Positions 58,154 to 64,000 of a stretch of 64,000 bases of DNA are shown here, piece by piece. The position numbers and the translations under genes are program-made. The notes under the pieces were generated by a model. That model saw only the letters and a list, made by a program, of their open reading frames with translations. It did not search any database and had not been told where the DNA came from. The DNA is taken from the NCBI GenBank assembly GCA_050951325.1, contig JBMNIW010000012.1, forward strand, positions 576,001 to 640,000, written 5' to 3'. This DNA is from Clostridia bacterium. GTDB taxonomy: Bacteria > Bacillota > Clostridia > UBA1212 > DUPL01. Position 1 is the stretch's first letter, and each line of letters starts with the position of its first letter.

Positions 58154-59394
58154 ACTGCAAGATACATTTCTCTTGCGGTTTCTGCAGAGTCGATGCCTGT
58201 TTTGTTTTTCACTGGTGCAAACTCTTCCTCTCTTTCGATTCTGAAAATGCCCATATCATCCAGCATGCTGAAAGAATCGAATAAGAATGTTTCGAACTTG
58301 TAACTGTCAGGTTTTTTCGACTCAACATATTCTCCATTAATGTAGGCAGTAACGGATTTTATTTGTGTGTGGTAGGGAAGACCTACACTTGCTATGTCTT
58401 CTGCAACGTCAATGTCAAAAATGTAATTTAACACATTCGTGTCACCATACACATAATCACCATTCTCATCCTTGAGTTCGGCATATTCCTTAGGTATCTC
58501 GGTATACTCAATAACGTATGGTCTGCCGTCTTTGTAACAAAATACCCCTGCCTTTTCGCCTGCATCTCTTTTCAAGAATGATTTTGCCGATGCCTTGTAT
58601 TTGCTTTTAATTGTGAATCCGAGAAAATATGGATCCGCCATTTTAACAAGCACATTGTCAATGCCGCATATAAAGATCCATTTGATACCTCTCTTGTGCA
58701 TGTCGCTGAATATGCTATTTTCCTTTAAAGAGCTGAACAGGCCACCGTTTCCGTTCGGGCTTTTTAGAATCTTTGCAGGAGTCTCCAGCAGAACCCTTCC
58801 TTGTCTGTCCATTACCGGAATCATGCTCTGTTTAAAAAACATTATGTCTTCCTTTGGGTATCCAAAGTAGTTGTTCTTTTCAAAAAATGCAACGGAGTCA
58901 TCGTGGTTCGTTTCGCTTGTCATTATATACCAAGGAATTGAAATATTGGCCTTTTCCGATATTTTTTTAAGACCATCGCATTGTATTTCAAACAGCGATT
59001 TGTGGGATGGCAAACCTATGTCGTATGTTCCTTTGGGACCTTCGTGTCCAAGTCTTGAACCCTGACCTCCTGCCATTGTTACAGCACAAAGATTGCCTCT
59101 TGATATTTCCGCAAGCCCAATCTCATATATCTCCTCAAGTTCTTTCTGGTTCATAGTGCTTTTGGGAACACCAACAGCTGGTTTCAAGTCCAAGGATTCT
59201 GCACATATTTCCTTGTCTGCATTTTTGTAAAGTTCAAGCAAAAAATGAAAGTCAATATTTAATATGTCATCCAGTAAACGTTCCTTTTCATTAACGTCAA
59301 GAAAATCAATATATTCAAGAAGATGCTCCTGTTTGTATTCAGCCACTTTCTTCCTAGCAAATTCAAGTTTTCTTTCATAATTAATTCCGCTCAT
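58135..59394 (-). CDS. UDPGP-family (eukaryotic UAP1-like) UDP-N-acetylhexosamine pyrophosphorylase
   Basis: MAGGQGSRLG..GPKG, WYIMTS, SPNGNGG, IDN, IEYTE, KFETFLFD, EFAPVKN. Confidence 0.88.
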   Translation of the reverse strand: MSGINYERKLEFARKKVAEYKQEHLLEYIDFLDVNEKERLLDDILNIDFHFLLELYKNADKEICAESLDLKPAVGVPKSTMNQKELEEIYEIGLAEISRGNLCAVTMAGGQGSRLGHEGPKGTYDIGLPSHKSLFEIQCDGLKKISEKANISIPWYIMTSETNHDDSVAFFEKNNYFGYPKEDIMFFKQSMIPVMDRQGRVLLETPAKILKSPNGNGGLFSSLKENSIFSDMHKRGIKWIFICGIDNVLVKMADPYFLGFTIKSKYKASAKSFLKRDAGEKAGVFCYKDGRPYVIEYTEIPKEYAELKDENGDYVYGDTNVLNYIFDIDVAEDIASVGLPYHTQIKSVTAYINGEYVESKKPDSYKFETFLFDSFSMLDDMGIFRIEREEEFAPVKNKTGIDSAETAREMYLAVYGEDS

Positions 59395-59468
59395 TTTTCA
59401 ACCCCTGAATTTTTCTAAAAATTATATCACACATTAAGCCAATTAACAATGTATTCCTGATGTTTCTA

Positions 59469-59497
59469 TTGCCCCTTGGGTACAATAGTGTTATAAT
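59469..59497 (+). promoter_or_regulatory. Sigma-A promoter
   Basis: TTGCCC-17 bp-TATAAT with extended -10 TG. Confidence 0.55.
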
Positions 59498-59533
59498 TAA
59501 AAAGCTGTTTAAACTAATATTGAGGTGAAACTG

Positions 59534-61070
59534 ATGACATTCAAGGCAGCCGTTGCATCATGTCCGGGCAAGACATACAGTCACAACAATGACAACTTTT
59601 ATTTTAACTCCAAGATAATAACTGAAGAACTGTCCACTAGTCAGATACTATTATCACACAAGAAGGGACAAAAAGGCTTGCAGATTTATGCTGTAAGCGA
59701 TGGCAGTGGTATAAACACATATAAGGATAGCCCTTCTATGCTTGTAATGAGCATGTTGCTTAAATATCACAAAAAGATACTGAGTGATGAAAGTTACGAC
59801 CTAAGGGTCTGCCTGCATGATTACATTAAGACAGCCAACCGTGCTGTGCTGGACAAGTCAAGAGAAACAGGCAAGAAGCTGAAAGCAACCCTTGCAATGA
59901 TTTTTGTTGAAGAAAACGCAGGAATTTGCTGCAATATTGGTCACAGCAGAATATATAAATTCAATCATGGCAATTTGGAGAAGATGTCTGTTGACCATAC
60001 ACAGGCAATGCGGATGGTCAACCTTGGTCTTTTAACTGAAGAGAAAGCTAAAGTCCATCCAAAACGAGGAAAGCTTCTACAGAACTTGGGTCCGATGCCT
60101 GAAGGTATAGAACTTGAGCCAAATATCGAACTTTTTCCGATTGAGGAAAACGATGTATTCATACTTGGTACTTTTGGTTTCTATGACAATGTCAGCGATG
60201 AGAAAATTATAGAGATCCTTTCCCTTGGCAAAAGCCCTGCGGAAACAGTCGAGCTTTTGATGACAGAGGCAGTACATAAGGGACTGGAAGATGATGCTAC
60301 GGTGCTGGTGGTAAAGGCATATGGAGATGATGCTGTTGCACCTGTCAGGAAGGAAAAGGTAGCTGCACCTCCACCAAGACCGAAATCCACGAACAAGGCA
60401 GCAATATACACTCCGGCTGCTGAGGAAGAACCAAGAAGAGAAACTGGAATAGATGATGAAAGAACTAGCGATGAACCGGTAACGCTTGCAGGTGCGTTTA
60501 GGGATCTGTGGAGAAGCCTTGGCAGGTCGAAGGATGCCAACACCATTCACTGGCCGGCATTTACAGTGTTTGTTCTTTGTATTGTGCTGGTCGGTATTAT
60601 GAGCATGTTTGGAGTAAAGCTGTTTAACAGATACGCAAATGAGCATAATCTGTTTCCAACAGCAACGTACTCGACAATAGCGCCGGGTGTGGTTACGCCA
60701 ACGCCTGGTCCCTCGGATACGGAACCAGTAGAAACGCCAACTCCTGTACCGAGTGAGACCCCGACAGAAGGTCCAACAGAGGAGCCTACAGAAGAGCCTA
60801 CAGCGGAACCAACAACAGAACCAACCCAGGGACCAACACCGGAGCCGACAACGGAACCAACAACGGAACCTTCGCCGGAGCCGACAACGGAACCAACAGG
60901 GACCAACACCGGAGCCGACAACGGAACCAATAACAGACCCACACCGGAGCCGACAACGGAGCTCAACACCGGAACCGACAACAGAGCCCACACCGGAGCC
61001 TACACCGGAACCAACAACAGAACCCACACCGGAACCAACTCCGGAGCCTGTAGAAACAGAAGAGCAATAA
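59534..61070 (+). CDS. PP2C-like (degenerate) domain + TM + extracellular Pro/Thr/Glu repeat; frameshifts in the repeat
   Basis: NDNF, AVSDG, NIGHSRIY, SVDHT, DDATVLVV; PTTE/PTPE repeats alternate between two frames, the second ending PVETEEQ-stop at 61070. Confidence 0.7.
60694..61060 (+). repeat. Coding low-complexity tandem repeat (12-nt units encoding PT[T/P/E]E)
   Basis: Recurrent CCAACACCGGAG / CCGACAACGGAA units. Confidence 0.9.
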
Positions 61071-61108
61071 TTAATTTATACATAGCCAATCAGGGGGATA
61101 ATAAATAG

Positions 61109-61594
61109 ATGAAATGTGCACATGAAACGATAGATTTTGCCAAACTTGATGAAGTGTTGGACAGATATGGCAATGTGGCAGGAAGCCTCATAACCATACT
61201 CCAGCAAACTCAGGAGCTATATGGGTATTTGCCAGTAGAGGCAATGTACAGAATTTCGGAAAGAACAGGTATCAAACCTGCAAAAATACTTGGAGTTGCC
61301 ACATTCTACACACAATTCAGATTCAAACCAGTTGGTAAATACCTTGTAATGATTTGCCAGGGTACAGCCTGCCATGTTAATGGATCATCGGAAATCTATG
61401 ATGCTCTTGTGGAAGAACTCAATATTGCAGATGGTGAAACCACAGAAGACGGTCTTTTCACCATCAAGAACGTTGCATGCCTGGGCTGTTGCAGTCTATC
61501 TCCTGTAATGATGATAAATGAGGAAACTTACGGTTCTCTGACACCGGCAAAGGCAAAGAAAATTATTCGTATGTTAAAGGAGCAGAATATATGA
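61109..61594 (+). CDS. NuoE/HydC-like 2Fe-2S subunit
   Basis: GVATFYTQF, CQGTACHV, CLGCC. Confidence 0.92.
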   Translation: MKCAHETIDFAKLDEVLDRYGNVAGSLITILQQTQELYGYLPVEAMYRISERTGIKPAKILGVATFYTQFRFKPVGKYLVMICQGTACHVNGSSEIYDALVEELNIADGETTEDGLFTIKNVACLGCCSLSPVMMINEETYGSLTPAKAKKIIRMLKEQNI

Positions 61595-63348
61595 GAATAA
61601 TGGTGGGACAGGGCAGCTGTGGTATAGCTGCCGGTGCTGAGAAGGTTTATGATGCCCTTGAAAGCGAAATTGGCAAGGGTTTAATGGATGCTGATTTGCA
61701 AATAACCGGGTGCATTGGAATGTGTTTTTTGGAACCCATAGTTGATGTGTATGTGGAAGACGAATTGCATAGATATGTGAAAGTTAGTGAAGAAGAAATA
61801 CCCGGGTTCGTAGAAGCTTTGAAGAGGGGTCTGTTTGATGGAGAAACACTCAAAAAGCTTGAAATAAAGCAGGGAGACACTGAGATATTAAGAAAGCAAA
61901 CAAGGATTGCGCTCAGAAACTGCGGACAAATAAATCCAGAAAGCATAACTGATTATGAGGCAAAAGGCGGATATGAGGCTCTTAGGAAAGTTCTTACTGA
62001 AATGACTCCCGAGGAAGTTATTGAAGAAATAAAGAAGTCGGGTCTCGGAGGGAGAGGAGGAGCCGGATTTCCAACTTGGTTCAAATGGAATGCTGCAAGA
62101 AGTTCCATGGAAGAGCCCAAATACCTTATCTGCAATGCGGATGAGGGCGATCCGGGAGCGTTCATGGACCGAGCCATTATTGAAGGTGACCCACATACAT
62201 TGATTGAAGGCATGCTCATTGGTGCGTATGCGATAGGAGCAGCAGAAGCGGTTGTGTATGTAAGGGCTGAGTATCCTTTGGCAATAATCAGACTCAATAA
62301 AGCAATAAGCCAGGCTGTGGAGAAAGGCTATCTTGGAAGGAATATCTTTGGAACAAGCTTCAGCTGTCACATAAGGATTAAAGCAGGCGCAGGTGCGTTT
62401 GTCTGCGGTGAGGAAACTGCTCTGATTGAATCCCTGGAAGGGCAGAGGGGGATGCCAAGATTGAAACCTCCCTTCCCCGCTGCAAAAGGTTACTGGCAGA
62501 AACCAAGCAACATAAACAATGTAGAAACATTTGCAAATGTCGCTTGGATAATCCTCAATGGTGGGGATGCCTTTTCAGCCATGGGAACGCAGGACAGTAA
62601 AGGCACAAAAGTATTTGCTTTGACTGGAAAGATAAACAAAGGTGGTCTTGTTGAAATTCCCATGGGCAAAACCCTGAGGGATGTAATATATGATATTGGT
62701 GGAGGAATCAAAGAGAATAAGAGATTCAAGGCAGTGCAGATGGGCGGACCTTCAGGAGGATGCATCCCTGAAGACTATTTGGATACTGTAATAGATTACA
62801 AGAAGCTTTCTCAAACCGGAGCCATCATGGGATCCGGCGGCATGGTTGTAATGGATGAAACCAACTGCATGGTAGATATGGCCAGGTTCTTCCTGGACTT
62901 TACTGCAAAAGAGTCCTGTGGTAAATGCATCCACTGCAGAATTGGAACAAAGAGAATGCTTGAGATTTTGAACCGCATTGTAGTCGGAGAAGGAAAAGAT
63001 GGAGATATAGAGCTCCTCGAGGAAATGTGCTACTCGATAAAGGATGGCTCTCTTTGTGGTCTTGGCCAGACTGCGCCAAACCCCGTACTTACGACCATTA
63101 AGTATTTTAGAAATGAGTATGAAGCACATATATACCATAAAAAGTGCCCGGCCAAACAGTGCAAATCACTAATTACATACAGAATCGACGAAGACAGATG
63201 TATTGGCTGCAGGGTCTGTGCGAGGAACTGTCCAGTCAATGCTATTTCAGGCAACCTTAAAGAAGTGCATGTAATTGACAGCGAAACATGCACAAAATGC
63301 GGGAAATGCATGGAAGTTTGCCGTTTCAAGGCAGTTGTATGCGAGTAG
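61591..63348 (+). CDS. NuoF/HydB-like FMN/NADH-binding subunit
   Basis: GRGGAGFP, CNADEGDPGAFMDR, GAFVCGEET, GGPSGG, ESCGKCIHCR, C-terminal 2x[4Fe-4S]. Confidence 0.95.
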   Translation: MRIMVGQGSCGIAAGAEKVYDALESEIGKGLMDADLQITGCIGMCFLEPIVDVYVEDELHRYVKVSEEEIPGFVEALKRGLFDGETLKKLEIKQGDTEILRKQTRIALRNCGQINPESITDYEAKGGYEALRKVLTEMTPEEVIEEIKKSGLGGRGGAGFPTWFKWNAARSSMEEPKYLICNADEGDPGAFMDRAIIEGDPHTLIEGMLIGAYAIGAAEAVVYVRAEYPLAIIRLNKAISQAVEKGYLGRNIFGTSFSCHIRIKAGAGAFVCGEETALIESLEGQRGMPRLKPPFPAAKGYWQKPSNINNVETFANVAWIILNGGDAFSAMGTQDSKGTKVFALTGKINKGGLVEIPMGKTLRDVIYDIGGGIKENKRFKAVQMGGPSGGCIPEDYLDTVIDYKKLSQTGAIMGSGGMVVMDETNCMVDMARFFLDFTAKESCGKCIHCRIGTKRMLEILNRIVVGEGKDGDIELLEEMCYSIKDGSLCGLGQTAPNPVLTTIKYFRNEYEAHIYHKKCPAKQCKSLITYRIDEDRCIGCRVCARNCPVNAISGNLKEVHVIDSETCTKCGKCMEVCRFKAVVCE

Positions 63349-63367
63349 TTGAAGGATGAGGGAAAAC

Positions 63368-64000
63368 ATGTTGAAAGTAAAGATAAATGGCAATGAATAT
63401 ATTGGAGAAAAAGGCCAGACCATTCTGGATATAGCGAAATCAAATGGTGTGGAGATTCCGACACTATGCCACCATGAGAAAGTAAAACCATATGGTGGCT
63501 GCGGACTTTGTGTAGTAGAAATCAAGGGATTTGGTAAGCTTGCGAGAGCTTGTGCGACAGAAGCGGCAGATGGCATGGACATTAATACCGTGTCTGACAG
63601 GGTGGTGCAGGCGAGGAAAATAGCTCTGGAGTTCTTACTGTCAGACCATGTTGGGGACTGCAGACCTCCCTGCATGCTTGCATGTCCTGCAAACACGGAC
63701 TGTCAGGGATATGTCGGCCTTATAGCAAACGGTATGTACAAGGAGTCCGGAGACCTAATCAATGAAAGGCTACCCATGCCGGCATCCATAGGAAGAGTAT
63801 GTCCCCATCCCTGCGAAACTGCATGTAGAAGGGGAGCGCTTGATGAGCCTGTTGCCATAGCATGGCTTAAGAGATTTGTAGGTGATGTGAATCTTGCCAA
63901 CAAACAAGTCGATTTCAAGTCAAAAGCAACAATCGGTACTGGCAAGAGGGTGGCAGTTATAGGTGGAGGCCCTGCTGGCTTGTCGTGTGCGTATTTTCTT
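63368..64000 (+). CDS. HydA-N-like 2Fe-2S domain fused to GltD/NfnL-like FAD oxidoreductase (3' truncated by window edge)
   Basis: Manual translation: MLKVKING..IPTLCH..GGCGLCVVE..RAC..DCRPPCMLACP..GRVCPHPCETACRR..KRVAVIGGGPAGLSCAYFL. Confidence 0.88.
   Translation, partial: MLKVKINGNEYIGEKGQTILDIAKSNGVEIPTLCHHEKVKPYGGCGLCVVEIKGFGKLARACATEAADGMDINTVSDRVVQARKIALEFLLSDHVGDCRPPCMLACPANTDCQGYVGLIANGMYKESGDLINERLPMPASIGRVCPHPCETACRRGALDEPVAIAWLKRFVGDVNLANKQVDFKSKATIGTGKRVAVIGGGPAGLSCAYFL

Noticed and set aside
60077-61027. Long antisense ORFs (316, 148 and 121 aa)
   Set aside because: Shadows of the PT-repeat gene; low-complexity translation
60694-61060. Tandem repeats as a CRISPR array
   Set aside because: 12-nt degenerate coding units with no unique spacers and no cas genes

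Overview
This is a low-GC chromosomal segment from an anaerobic Clostridia-like (Bacillota) organism, with genes mostly on the + strand. I saw no CRISPR array, transposase, integrase or phage genes. The housekeeping backbone comprises clpX (partial), tsaD, a phosphomannomutase, an mreB paralog, murC, prs-pth-mfd-prsA-like, pepF and tRNA-Lys(CTT). The most striking element lies at about 18.2-29.8 kb. A P3-less (tungsten-cofactor-type) Moco-family riboswitch with a terminator/antiterminator heads a translationally coupled operon. That operon encodes three surface proteins with sulfite-oxidase-fold (molybdopterin-binding) domains lacking the metal-ligating Cys, one of them fused to an alkaline-phosphatase domain. 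It also encodes a complete ECF importer (S, A, A', T), a MobB-FeS protein and a small kinase-fold protein. Next to it sit a heterodimeric tungsten AOR/WOR-family oxidoreductase, a MoaD-like protein and a MoeB-like protein. I infer an uptake/salvage system for pre-made pyranopterin (Moco/Wco) cofactor: capture, dephosphorylate, import, re-phosphorylate. Other notable items are a DnaA-box cluster with no dnaA nearby, a minimal Tad pilus locus behind tandem Spo0A-like boxes, a degenerate GH3, a PMT-type protein O-glycosylation cluster, a dockerin-bearing amidase, a eukaryotic-type UDP-GlcNAc pyrophosphorylase (while glmU is missing from its usual place), a PP2C pseudo-phosphatase with a frameshifted PT-repeat tail, and the start of an electron-bifurcating NuoE/NuoF/GltD-type complex. 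All calls come from motif recognition by eye; no searches were run.
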